This document shows positions 1 to 8,695 of a DNA stretch of 64,000 bases, in pieces. A program made the position numbers and the translations under genes. This stretch comes from Candidatus Sericytochromatia bacterium (GTDB lineage: Bacteria; Cyanobacteriota; Sericytochromatia; S15B-MN24; VGJW01), in NCBI GenBank assembly GCA_035286125.1, contig JAYKIS010000082.1:1253-65252 (forward strand), in the 5' to 3' direction. The notes below the pieces were generated by a model, which was given only the letters and a program-made list of their open reading frames with translations, had not been told where the DNA came from and did no database searches. The first letter of the stretch is position 1. The number at the start of each line of letters is the position of its first letter.

Positions 1-1104
1 GCCTTTGCCCACAGCACCCAGGTTCGGGCCCACAGCGATGCCGTCGTCGTCCGGGTCGAAGACGATGCGGGGCATGTCGGGCATGGCGAGGGTTTGCCAC
101 GACCCTATGTCACGGGCGAGACCGTGGACGGCATGGTCGCGCAGTTGCAGGCCTGGTGGCCGGGGCTCGCCGGCCGGGAGCTCCCCGATGTCCGGAGCCT
201 GGCCGATCTCGATGTTCTGGACGAATGGCTCCCCAGCGAGCCTGTGGCAGGGGTGGTCGCCCCGCATGCGGCACGGGCGGCCCTCGAACTGGCCCTGCTC
301 GACCTCGCGCTCAGGCGGGCGGGCAGGGGCGTGGGCGACATCCTGCCCCCGGTCCGCGACAAGGTCACCTACAGCGGCGTGGTGACGGCGGGGGACACGG
401 AGCAGGCGGTGCGGCACGCCCGGCAGATGAAGCTGGTCGGGTTGTCGTCCATCAAGGTCAAGGTCGGCCTTGGCGATGACGTGGCCAGGCTGCGCGCCAT
501 CCGCGAGGGCATGGGCGACGCGGTCTCCTTGCGGCTGGACGCGAATGGCGCGTGGGCACCCGATGAGGTCCGGGCCAGGCTCGAGGCTCTGGCCCCGCTG
601 GGCATCGCCTCGGTCGAGCAACCGCTGGCCCGTGGGGACCTGGCCGCGTGGACCCGACTTTGTGCGGACAGCCCTGTTCCCATCATGGTCGACGAGTCGC
701 TCGTGACCTTGGCCGACCTCGAGGCCCTGATCGCCGCACGGGCCTGCAACCTCGTCAACGTGCGGGTGTCCAAGTGTGGCGGACTGCGCGGGGCTTGGCG
801 CCAGGCGACCCGTGCCCTCGAGGCCGGGATGGGCGTGCAGGTCGGCAGCCAGGTGGGGGAGACGGCCATCCTGTCGGCCGCGGGCCGTCACCTGGCTGCG
901 GCCTTGCCCGAGGTCCGCTTCGTCGAGGGTTCCTTCGGGACCCTGTTGCTTCGCGAGGACCTGTCCCGCGAGGCCGTCCGCTTCGGGCACCGGGGCGAGG
1001 CGAACCTGCTGCGGGGGCCGGGCCTGGGCGTCGAGATCCTGCCGCACGTGCGTGATCGCTTTGCCGTGCGGACGGTCGTCTTCGGCGAGGACCTGCCTGC
1101 GTGA
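1..1104 (+). CDS. Enolase-superfamily enzyme (muconate-lactonizing/dipeptide-epimerase-like), 5'-truncated by the window edge
   Basis: Frame is open from base 1 (AFAHSTQVR...GHGEGLPRPYVTGE). Motifs KVKVG (KxK), DANG, EQP, DES (metal ligands) and NVRVSKCGG. Confidence 0.85.
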   Translation, partial: AFAHSTQVRAHSDAVVVRVEDDAGHVGHGEGLPRPYVTGETVDGMVAQLQAWWPGLAGRELPDVRSLADLDVLDEWLPSEPVAGVVAPHAARAALELALLDLALRRAGRGVGDILPPVRDKVTYSGVVTAGDTEQAVRHARQMKLVGLSSIKVKVGLGDDVARLRAIREGMGDAVSLRLDANGAWAPDEVRARLEALAPLGIASVEQPLARGDLAAWTRLCADSPVPIMVDESLVTLADLEALIAARACNLVNVRVSKCGGLRGAWRQATRALEAGMGVQVGSQVGETAILSAAGRHLAAALPEVRFVEGSFGTLLLREDLSREAVRFGHRGEANLLRGPGLGVEILPHVRDRFAVRTVVFGEDLPA

Positions 1105-2795
1105 CGCTGGCCCGGACCTTCCTCGCGCTGCGCGAGTCGGCCCACGCACGCCGCTTCGAGGCCGCGCTCAGGGACCCGGCTGCGGCACAGGCGCAACTGC
1201 TCGAGACGCTCTGTCGCGATCATGCCGGGACGGCCTTCGGCAAGGTCCATGGGTTCGCGGCCATACGGGACGCGGATGCGTGGCGCCGGGCCGTGCCCCT
1301 CGGGGACTTCGAGACGCATCGGCCTTGGGTGGATCGGCTGCTCGCGGGCGAGCAGGGCGTGCTGACCCGGCAGGCCCCCGACAGCTTCTGCATCACCAGC
1401 GGCTCGACCGGCGCCCCCAAGCTCATTCCCGTGTCCCATGAATGGCGCGAGGCCTACGCTGCCCAGACCAGGCTCTGGATTCGCGGGGCGATGCGGGACC
1501 ATCCGGGGCTCTTTGCCGGACGTATACTGACGCTCGTCAGTCCTGCGGTCGAGGGCCTGACCGAGCGGGGCATGCCCTACGGATCCATGTCTGGCATGTC
1601 CGCCCGTCGGGCGCCGTGGCTGGCTCGCCGGCAGTACGCGCTGCCCTACGCCGTAGCACTGATCCGTGACCACGAGGCCCGGTACTTCTTCGTGGCACGG
1701 GTGGCCATGGCACAGTCCGTGACGGCCCTGCTGTCGCCCAATCCCAGCACCCTGCATCGCCTTGCCGGCGTCATCGCGAACCGGGCGGACGACCTGCTTC
1801 GTGCCCTGCACGAGGGTGTCGCCGGTGCCCCACTGCCCGAGGTCCTGCAACTGGAGGGGCCAGTCAACCTGCAGGAGCGCCTGGCCCCGCATCTGGTGGC
1901 CCGGCCCGACCTGGCCCGTCGTCTCACGGCGGCTGCCTCCCGAGAGGGGCGTCTGACCCCGGCCATGCTCTGGCCCGACCTGGCGTTATTGGGCTGCTGG
2001 CTCGGGGGCAGCGCCGGAGTCCAGGCAAGGGGCCTGCGCGAGCTCTACGGGCGCGAGGTGCCGATGCGGGATCTGGGCCTGCTGGCTTCCGAGGGTCGGA
2101 TGAGCCTGCCGCTCGAGGACGATTCCGCGGCGGGTGTCCTGAACGTGCACGCCGTCCACTACGAGTTCCTGCCCGAGGATATCTCGTCCCCCGGGCCCGA
2201 TGCGCCTACCCTGCTGGCCCATCAGCTGCAGGAGGGAGGGCGCTACCGCGTTGTCATCACGCCCGGTCAGGGCCTGTACCGCTACGACATGAACGACATC
2301 GTCGAGGTGCGGGGCTTCGTCGGCCGCACGCCGCGCATCGCCTTCCTGCGCAAGGGGCGTGACATGCTCTCGATGACGGGCGAGAAGCTGCACCTCAACC
2401 AGGTGCAGGAGGCCCTGCTCGAGGCGGTTGCGGCAGAAGGCGTCGCGTTCTGGCAATATCGCCTCGTCGCCAACGTCGACCGCATGGCCTATGACCTGCT
2501 TGTCGAACCCTCTGGCCTGCCCTGGTCGCCCGAGGTGGCCGCGCGCGTCGCGGCCGGTCTGGATGTCGGCCTTTCGGCAAGGAACATCGAATACGCATCG
2601 AAGCGCCACTCCGGACGCCTGGGCCCCCCCCGGCCGGTGCTGATGCGCGCTGGCTGGGCCGAGGCCGTGAGTCGGGCTGCCTTTGCCGCCGGTCGCCGGG
2701 AGGCCCAGTTCAAGTGGAATCCTTTGTCGGACGCCTGGGATGACCTCAGCCGCGCCCACGTCGATCCTGCCGTGGTCCCGGAAGCCGGAGCGTGA
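1101..2795 (+). CDS. GH3 auxin-responsive family adenylate-forming amido synthetase
   Basis: TSGSTGAPKLIP P-loop, ASEG, GLYRYDMNDIVEV and GEKL motifs. GTGA overlap with the upstream stop. Confidence 0.9.
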   Translation: MTLARTFLALRESAHARRFEAALRDPAAAQAQLLETLCRDHAGTAFGKVHGFAAIRDADAWRRAVPLGDFETHRPWVDRLLAGEQGVLTRQAPDSFCITSGSTGAPKLIPVSHEWREAYAAQTRLWIRGAMRDHPGLFAGRILTLVSPAVEGLTERGMPYGSMSGMSARRAPWLARRQYALPYAVALIRDHEARYFFVARVAMAQSVTALLSPNPSTLHRLAGVIANRADDLLRALHEGVAGAPLPEVLQLEGPVNLQERLAPHLVARPDLARRLTAAASREGRLTPAMLWPDLALLGCWLGGSAGVQARGLRELYGREVPMRDLGLLASEGRMSLPLEDDSAAGVLNVHAVHYEFLPEDISSPGPDAPTLLAHQLQEGGRYRVVITPGQGLYRYDMNDIVEVRGFVGRTPRIAFLRKGRDMLSMTGEKLHLNQVQEALLEAVAAEGVAFWQYRLVANVDRMAYDLLVEPSGLPWSPEVAARVAAGLDVGLSARNIEYASKRHSGRLGPPRPVLMRAGWAEAVSRAAFAAGRREAQFKWNPLSDAWDDLSRAHVDPAVVPEAGA

Positions 2796-2799
2796 CCGT

Positions 2800-3000
2800 G
2801 TCGTGCGTGTCTTGGCGCTCGCCGCGTGACTGTGGCGTCGCCCGCCTGTCGAACCCGATGCCCCTGCTTTCGTGGCTGCTGCCCTGATGCTTGTCGGCCT
2901 GCATCTGCGCATCTGGGCCGGTCCTTCACGTGGAACGTTGAGGTCCAATGCGGGCAGACCGGCATCGAGGCCGGGCCGTATCGAGTCATACGAAGGCGTG
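2800..3000 (+). pseudogene. Decayed isoprenylcysteine carboxyl methyltransferase (ICMT/Ste14) family remnant
   Basis: Frame 1 reads ALMLVGLHLRIWA, and frame 3 continues HLGRSFTWNVEVQCGQTGIEAGPYRVIR, which resembles the ICMT core. There is an in-frame TGA at about 2827 and a frameshift at about 2910-2919, and the HPxY motif is lost. Confidence 0.6.
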
Positions 3001-3129
3001 ATATCGGTCATGCCGCCTGCGTGGAACGGATCGGGGCCAGGTGGCCCCGGCTTCGGGGGCGCTGACAGGCTCGGCCCGACACAGGTCCCGCCCCATGCCA
3101 TCGGGCAAGCGAAGATTGGCTGAACCTGC

Positions 3130-3156
3130 TGAAACCGAATGTCTGCTCGACACGTT
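3130..3156 (+). promoter_or_regulatory. ECF-sigma-type promoter (TGAAAC-N17-CGTT), probably autoregulatory
   Basis: TGAAAC at 3130-3135, a 17-nt spacer and CGTT at 3153-3156, lying 44 nt upstream of the Spy/ECF/anti-sigma operon. Confidence 0.6.
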
Positions 3157-3200
3157 TTTCATGTCAGGGAACACTCTACTGCTTGCTGAGAGGAGGCGGC

Positions 3201-3740
3201 ATGGACGTCTGGAAAGTTTGTGCAATCACGGTCCTGGGCTTCGCCATGGCGATGCCGGGCCTGCCCGCGGAGGCGCGACGGGAGGGACGGCTGCCTGCTG
3301 GCACACCTTCAGCGGGGGAGGCCGCTGCCGCAGGAGAACGGCAGGAGGGTGGGGCGCCGGGCCCCGGTCTTTTCCGCCAACTGGGTCTGTCGGAGGAGCA
3401 GCGATCGGCGTTGCGGGCCCTGCGCCAGCGTCATCAGCAGGCCCATCAGGCTCTGCGCCAGCAGTTGCGGGATCAGGAACGGGAGCTGTTCCGGGCGATG
3501 GTGGCGCCGGATGCGCGCCAGGCCGATGTCGAGGCACGACAGCAGGCCGTATCGGAACTGCGGGGACGCCTCGCACGCGCCCGGATTGCCGCGTTTTTCG
3601 AGGCCCGCGCCTTGTTGACTGCGGAACAACTGCAACGCCTCCCCGATGCTGCGGCGGACCGCGGACAGGGGGGGCGTGGACGTCGGCCGGGGGGAAGAAT
3701 GGGACGCGACCGATTGGAGCGTGGGGAGGCAAGGCCCTGA
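3201..3740 (+). CDS. Spy/CpxP family periplasmic chaperone (LTXXQ motifs)
   Basis: AGGAGG SD, signal peptide, LGLSEEQ and LLTAEQ motifs, helical Arg/Gln-rich sequence. Confidence 0.85.
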   Translation: MDVWKVCAITVLGFAMAMPGLPAEARREGRLPAGTPSAGEAAAAGERQEGGAPGPGLFRQLGLSEEQRSALRALRQRHQQAHQALRQQLRDQERELFRAMVAPDARQADVEARQQAVSELRGRLARARIAAFFEARALLTAEQLQRLPDAAADRGQGGRGRRPGGRMGRDRLERGEARP

Positions 3741-4225
3741 CCCGGTCAGCCGACGCTGATCTCCACCGGCTTTGGGACCGGGTGTGCCGGACACTGCGAC
3801 ATCTGTGTGGTGATGCCGACGTCGCACGGGACCTGACGCAGGAGGTCTTCCTGCGTGCGGCTCGGGCCAAGGTCCGGGGCGATGAGCCGTGGGCCCTGGC
3901 GTGGCTGCTGCGGGTGGCCCGCAACCTGCTGGTGGACCGCGCACGCCGGGGTGTGCATGCCGAAGTTCCCCTGAGTTCGGTGCCCGCTACGAGCGTCGCG
4001 GTCGACGACCCGGCCTACGCCCGTATCGACCTCGAGACCGGCTTTGCCCAGCAAGTAGCCGGTTTGCCTGCGGCCTGGCGCGAGGCCTTGATGCTGCGCC
4101 ACACGCATGACCTGCCCGTCGAGGATGTCGCCCGAATCATGGATGTGCCCACAGGGACGGTGAAGACCTGGCTCCACCGGGCCCGTGCGAAGCTGGCCGG
4201 ATGGGGCCAGGAGGAGGACGCCTGA
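3737..4225 (+). CDS. ECF RNA polymerase sigma factor (probable CTG start)
   Basis: Region 2 (ARDLTQEVFLRA, WLLRVARNLLVD) and region 4 (LPAAWREAL...GTVKTWLHRAR). GGAGG precedes CTG 3737, which overlaps the Spy stop. Alternative start is GTG 3782. Confidence 0.85.
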   Translation: MTRSADADLHRLWDRVCRTLRHLCGDADVARDLTQEVFLRAARAKVRGDEPWALAWLLRVARNLLVDRARRGVHAEVPLSSVPATSVAVDDPAYARIDLETGFAQQVAGLPAAWREALMLRHTHDLPVEDVARIMDVPTGTVKTWLHRARAKLAGWGQEEDA

Positions 4226-4635
4226 TGCGCTTCGGTTGCGCCGATGCCCGCCATCTGCTGCTGGACCGCGAGGATGTGCGACCTGCCGCGGCCGATGCTC
4301 GCGCGCTGGAGGTCCACCTTGCGAACTGCACGCCCTGCCGACGGGCTGCAACGTCCTTGGCCACGGCCATGACCGAGTTGCGCGCGTGGACGGCCGAACT
4401 CGAGGCCGTCGCGGATCGTGTCCCTCGTCGGGCATCATCCGACATCAGACAATTTCGGATACCGGCCTGCGGGATCAGCCTCGCTGCTGCTGCCTGTCTG
4501 GCGTTGACGGGACTCGCCAGCGCGCCCGGCGTGGAGCGGCGGGGCTACGCCAATGCGACCGCCCAGGCCGCCGGAGCCCTGAGCTGGCTCGATGCGGCTG
4601 CAGACGAGCCGGTGTGGGAGCTGCCCGAGCCCTGA
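4225..4635 (+). CDS. zf-HC2 (ZAS) anti-sigma factor
   Basis: HLANCTPC (HxxxCxxC) followed by a hydrophobic segment. TGATG coupling to the sigma gene. Confidence 0.8.
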   Translation: MRFGCADARHLLLDREDVRPAAADARALEVHLANCTPCRRAATSLATAMTELRAWTAELEAVADRVPRRASSDIRQFRIPACGISLAAAACLALTGLASAPGVERRGYANATAQAAGALSWLDAAADEPVWELPEP

Positions 4636-4664
4636 CGGGAGGATGCGGTGCGTACGGTCGCCAG

Positions 4665-5570
4665 CTACCGGCTGATCGAGAAGATGATCTTGACGACGTC
4701 CATGAGCCAGTGGCTCATGCGGGACTCGCCGGTGACGGCGTCGACCATCACGGTGGGCTTGCCCGTCACGTCCATGTAGAACCAGTTGGGTCCGACCAGC
4801 AGGGGCTGGATGCAGACGCCCTTGATGGTGGCGTAGGTCCGGTTGCCGTAGCTGTAGCCCATCCGGGTGGCCTGGTTGTAGGCTTCACGGCCGTTGAAGG
4901 GGAACTCGCCGCGGGGTTCGTTCAGGAAGAAGCTGATGACCTTGCCGCCGTACTCGAGCACGATGTCGCGTGACTGCCACACGCTCTTCTTCATGCGGAA
5001 GAAGTTGTAGTCGAGATACAGCAGGCGCTGCTTCGAGGCCGAGTAATAGACGTGACGCGACTGTCCGAAGAACTGCCAGAGCGAACTGCGGCCTGCGAAG
5101 CCCCAGCCCACGTAGAGCATCTTGGCGTCGTAGGCCCAGGCATAGGCTTCGCGGTCGGCCCGAGCTTGCGTCGTCTCGGGTTTGGCCTGGACACTGAAGC
5201 CAGGCAGCAGCGAACCTTCGGTGTCGAGATCGCTGACGGTGGCACCAGCCGGGACCTCATCGAGGTCCAGAAGGGGCTTGTCCGCGCCGAATGCCTGGCG
5301 GGCAGAGGCCGCGAACGCGTCGAAGGCGCTCCGCAACTCCTGCTCCCGCCCCTGGCCGGGGTTGGCGGCGATGGGCCGAAGCACCGGGTCCATCAACGTC
5401 TTCTCGTCGCTCTTGGCCGGCGAGGCCTGAAGGTCCATGGACAGCGCCAGTTCGGGCGCAGCGGCCTTGACGGCCGAGGTCTGGGCCGTGGGTGCCGGCG
5501 CGGCGCTGAGGCCGCAGCCAGCCACGGACAGGGTGAGGGCAAAAGGCATCAAACGGGTGGCCAAGGCCAT
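4665..5570 (-). CDS. Hypothetical lipoprotein with a PepSY-like C-terminal motif
   Basis: MALATRLMPFALTLSVAG-C lipobox, GAGG SD, C-terminal VMVDAVTGE. Confidence 0.7.
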   Translation of the reverse strand: MALATRLMPFALTLSVAGCGLSAAPAPTAQTSAVKAAAPELALSMDLQASPAKSDEKTLMDPVLRPIAANPGQGREQELRSAFDAFAASARQAFGADKPLLDLDEVPAGATVSDLDTEGSLLPGFSVQAKPETTQARADREAYAWAYDAKMLYVGWGFAGRSSLWQFFGQSRHVYYSASKQRLLYLDYNFFRMKKSVWQSRDIVLEYGGKVISFFLNEPRGEFPFNGREAYNQATRMGYSYGNRTYATIKGVCIQPLLVGPNWFYMDVTGKPTVMVDAVTGESRMSHWLMDVVKIIFSISR

Positions 5571-5634
5571 CAGAGGAACCTCACGTAATGGACCGCGCGT
5601 TCTGCAGGTGTCTGTGCGCCGTCCCGATACCGTG

Positions 5635-5663
5635 ATATTACCTGTCTTTAATGAAGATTGCAA
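5635..5663 (-). promoter_or_regulatory. sigma70-type promoter (TTGCAA-N17-TAATAT) for the lipoprotein gene
   Basis: Minus strand: -35 at 5663-5658, -10 at 5640-5635, 17-nt spacer, in an AT-rich intergenic patch. Confidence 0.55.
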
Positions 5664-5706
5664 GAACTTTTAAGGAATCCTTTGCCTTGGATGCGAGGTG
5701 GCGACA

Positions 5707-6465
5707 ATGAGCACCCCCTTGGTCGAGGTGGGCATCGTCGGGCGCGTGGCACGCCTTGGCCTTGACGGCCCTCATCCGCTTCATCTGCTCGATGCCGCCA
5801 TGCTCGCGGCCATTCCTGCTGCCGTGGCCCGCGCGGTGGCCGAACCCTACGTTGACCTGCTCGTTCTGCGGGGCTCGGGCAAGGACGGTGGTGTGGGCCC
5901 TTTTTCGGCAGGCGCCGATCTCGCGGGCATTGCCGCGATGCCTGTTGCCGATGCCGAGACCCATGCCGCGCTCGGGCAGGCTGCGACCCGCGCCGTGGCC
6001 GAGGCTCCCGTGCCCGTGCTGGCCGTCATCGATGGCCCTTGCCTCGGGGGGGGGCTTGAACTGGCCCTCGCATGCGACATCCGGGTCGCGACGGCGCGCG
6101 CGTTCTTCGGCTATCCGGCCGCCCAGCGTGGCCTGATTCCCGCCTTCGGGGGGACCCGCAGGGCCCCTGCCGTCCTGGGGCCGTCCCGGGCTGCCGAACT
6201 GGCCTATACGGCGCGGCGCATCACCGCGGAGGAGGCACTGGCGTGGGGGCTGCTGGCGGCCGTCGATGCGCGCAACGATGCCGATGCCCTCGAGGCTGCG
6301 TGGGTGGCCCGGTTGACCGAGGGTATCCTCCCCGGGGCTGCGAGGCGCCTCAAGGCTGCTTTCATGGGCGCCGGGGACCTGACGGAACAAGCAGTCTTCA
6401 GGGCGTGCCTCGAGGACCCGCGCGCTCGCGAGGCCATGGCCGCCTTCCTGGCCGGGGCACGCTGA
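5707..6465 (+). CDS. Enoyl-CoA hydratase/isomerase (crotonase) family protein
   Basis: FSAGADL and CLGGGLELALACDIR motifs. The second catalytic Glu is missing (FGYPAAQRG). Confidence 0.85.
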   Translation: MSTPLVEVGIVGRVARLGLDGPHPLHLLDAAMLAAIPAAVARAVAEPYVDLLVLRGSGKDGGVGPFSAGADLAGIAAMPVADAETHAALGQAATRAVAEAPVPVLAVIDGPCLGGGLELALACDIRVATARAFFGYPAAQRGLIPAFGGTRRAPAVLGPSRAAELAYTARRITAEEALAWGLLAAVDARNDADALEAAWVARLTEGILPGAARRLKAAFMGAGDLTEQAVFRACLEDPRAREAMAAFLAGAR

Positions 6466-6538
6466 CCGTCTGGTGGCGCGCCGGTCGCGGTCGGGGTGGT
6501 ATCCTAGGGGCCATCACGACGCGAGGAGGCGTCCGATC

Positions 6539-7804
6539 ATGTCGCATACCGGTTCCCGCGGTCGCACGGTCATCGTCAGTGCGGTGCGCACCCCCTTCGG
6601 CAAGCTTTCAGGGGCCTTTGCAGGCCTGAGTGCCGTCGATCTCGGCGCGCGGGTCATCGGCGAGGCCGTCCGGCGTGCCGGCGTCGATGGTGGGCTTGTC
6701 GACAACGTCATCATGGGCCAGGTCCTGCAGGCAGGGGCCGGCCAGATTCCTTCGCGCCAGGCGGCCCTGCGCGCCGGCCTGCCCGACAGCGTCCATTCCC
6801 TGACCATCAACAAGGTCTGTGCCTCGGGCATGCGGGCCATCTCGCTCGCGGACCAGTTCCAGCGGCTGGGCGACGGCGAGGTCTTCGTGGCTGGCGGCAT
6901 GGAGAGCATGACGCAGGCGCCCTACTACCTGACCAAGGCACGGTCTGGCTACCGCATGGGCAACGACACCCTCCTGGACGGCATGATTCATGACGGACTC
7001 TGGTGCGCCTTCCGCAACGTCCACATGGGCGTCCACGGCGACAACGTCTCGCGTGAGTTCGCCATCACCCGCGAGGAGATGGACAGGTGGTCCGCCCGCA
7101 GCCATCAGCGCGCGGCTGCGGCCTACGAGGCAGGCCACTTCGCCGACGAGGTGATGACGGTCGAGATTCCCCAGGGCAAGAAGCCTCCGCTCCTCGTGAG
7201 CCGTGACGAGAGCCTGCGTGCCGATACCACCGAGGAGGGCCTCGCCAAGCTGCGGCCGGTCTTCGGGGCCGAGGGCATGGTCACGGCGGGCAATGCTCCC
7301 GGCATCAACGACGGGGCTTGTGCGCTCGTCCTGATGAGCGAGGAGAAGGCCTCCGAACTGGGCCTGGAGCCCCTGGCGGCCATCGTCGGCCACGGCTGGG
7401 TCGCGACCGAGCCGCCCTACCTGCACACCGTGCCGGCGCTGGCGCTCGAGAAGGCCATGGCGCGGACGGGCGTGGATCTGGATGCACTGGACCGCCTCGA
7501 AATCAACGAGGCCTTCGCGGCCGTCACGCTGACCAGCACCCGCATCCTGGCCGGCCGCAAGGTGCCCGCAGGTGTCGGGGCGTCCGCGGACGTGGATTCT
7601 GGCTATCTGGAAGCGCTGCGCGCCCGCACCAACGTCAACGGCGGCGCGGTGGCCATGGGGCATCCCATCGGGGCGTCGGGGGCCCGCATCGTCGCGACGC
7701 TGGCTTACGAACTGGCCCGGTCGGGCGGTCGGTACGGTGCGGCCGCCATCTGCTCGGGGTCCGCCCAGGGCGACGCCATCATCATCGAGAATCTCCGCCG
7801 CTAG
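6539..7804 (+). CDS. Acetyl-CoA C-acetyltransferase (thiolase)
   Basis: NKVCASG, EINEAF, GHPIGASG and AICSGSAQG motifs. GAGGAGG SD. Confidence 0.95.
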   Translation: MSHTGSRGRTVIVSAVRTPFGKLSGAFAGLSAVDLGARVIGEAVRRAGVDGGLVDNVIMGQVLQAGAGQIPSRQAALRAGLPDSVHSLTINKVCASGMRAISLADQFQRLGDGEVFVAGGMESMTQAPYYLTKARSGYRMGNDTLLDGMIHDGLWCAFRNVHMGVHGDNVSREFAITREEMDRWSARSHQRAAAAYEAGHFADEVMTVEIPQGKKPPLLVSRDESLRADTTEEGLAKLRPVFGAEGMVTAGNAPGINDGACALVLMSEEKASELGLEPLAAIVGHGWVATEPPYLHTVPALALEKAMARTGVDLDALDRLEINEAFAAVTLTSTRILAGRKVPAGVGASADVDSGYLEALRARTNVNGGAVAMGHPIGASGARIVATLAYELARSGGRYGAAAICSGSAQGDAIIIENLRR

Positions 7805-7837
7805 GCGCGCACCCGCAACCTCAGGAACGCAGCAGTC

Positions 7838-8695
7838 ATGTCAGAACGCATCGTCGTCCTCGGCGCCGGCCAGATGGGCTCCGGCATCGCTCAGGTCTTT
7901 GCCCAGGCGGGTTATCCCACCACGGTCCAGGACGTGGCCGAGCCCGCGCTTGTCCGCAGCCGCAAGCTCATCACCAGCCTGCTCGACAAGGCCGTCGACA
8001 AGGGCAAGATGACGCCCGAGGCCCGCGAGGCCACGCTGGCCAACCTGACTTGGGCGACCTCCCTCGATGCCGTCAAGGATGCGGCGTTGGTCGTCGAGGC
8101 CGTCATCGAGAACCTAGAGGCCAAGCAGGCCCTGTGGCAGCAGGTGTCTGCCCTCGCTCCGGCGGATGCCGTGCTGGCCAGCAACACGAGCAGCCTGCCC
8201 ATCACGCAGTTGGGCGCGTCGGTCGCCCATCCCGAGCGCTTCATCGGGATGCACTTCATGAACCCCGTGCCGGTGATGCAGCTGGTCGAGGTCATCAAGG
8301 GCTTCCTGACAACGGATGATGTCCACCACAAGGTTCTCGCCTGGGCGCGTGCCGTGGGCAAGACCCCCGTCACCGTCGAGGATGCCCCAGGCTTCATCGC
8401 CAATCGCATCCTGATGCCGATGATCAACGAGGCGGTGTTCTGCCTGGCCGAGGGCATCAGCACGCGCGAGGACATAGACACCGTGATGAAGTTGGGGATG
8501 AATCACCCCATGGGGCCGCTGACGCTGGCGGACTTCATCGGTCTGGATACGTGCCTGGCCATCATGGAGGTCCTGCACCGGGACCTTGGCGACGACAAGT
8601 ATCGACCCGCGCCGCTGCTGCGCAAGATGGTGCAGGCCGGCCTGTACGGCCGCAAGAGCGGCCGGGGCTTCTACGACTATCGGGAGGCGAAGTGA
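7838..8695 (+). CDS. hbd: 3-hydroxybutyryl-CoA dehydrogenase
   Basis: [26 protein letters not shown] and GRKSGRGFY motifs. Confidence 0.93.
   Translation: MSERIVVLGAGQMGSGIAQVFAQAGYPTTVQDVAEPALVRSRKLITSLLDKAVDKGKMTPEAREATLANLTWATSLDAVKDAALVVEAVIENLEAKQALWQQVSALAPADAVLASNTSSLPITQLGASVAHPERFIGMHFMNPVPVMQLVEVIKGFLTTDDVHHKVLAWARAVGKTPVTVEDAPGFIANRILMPMINEAVFCLAEGISTREDIDTVMKLGMNHPMGPLTLADFIGLDTCLAIMEVLHRDLGDDKYRPAPLLRKMVQAGLYGRKSGRGFYDYREAK

Noticed and set aside
2872-3123. 83-aa and 79-aa ORFs between GH3 and Spy taken as intact small genes
   Set aside because: Each carries only one piece of an ICMT-like sequence, so they are treated as one pseudogene.
3041-3736. Apparent ~230-aa N-terminal extension of the ECF sigma factor
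   Set aside because: It overlaps the Spy/CpxP gene in another frame and is low-complexity. The sigma domain begins at about 3737.
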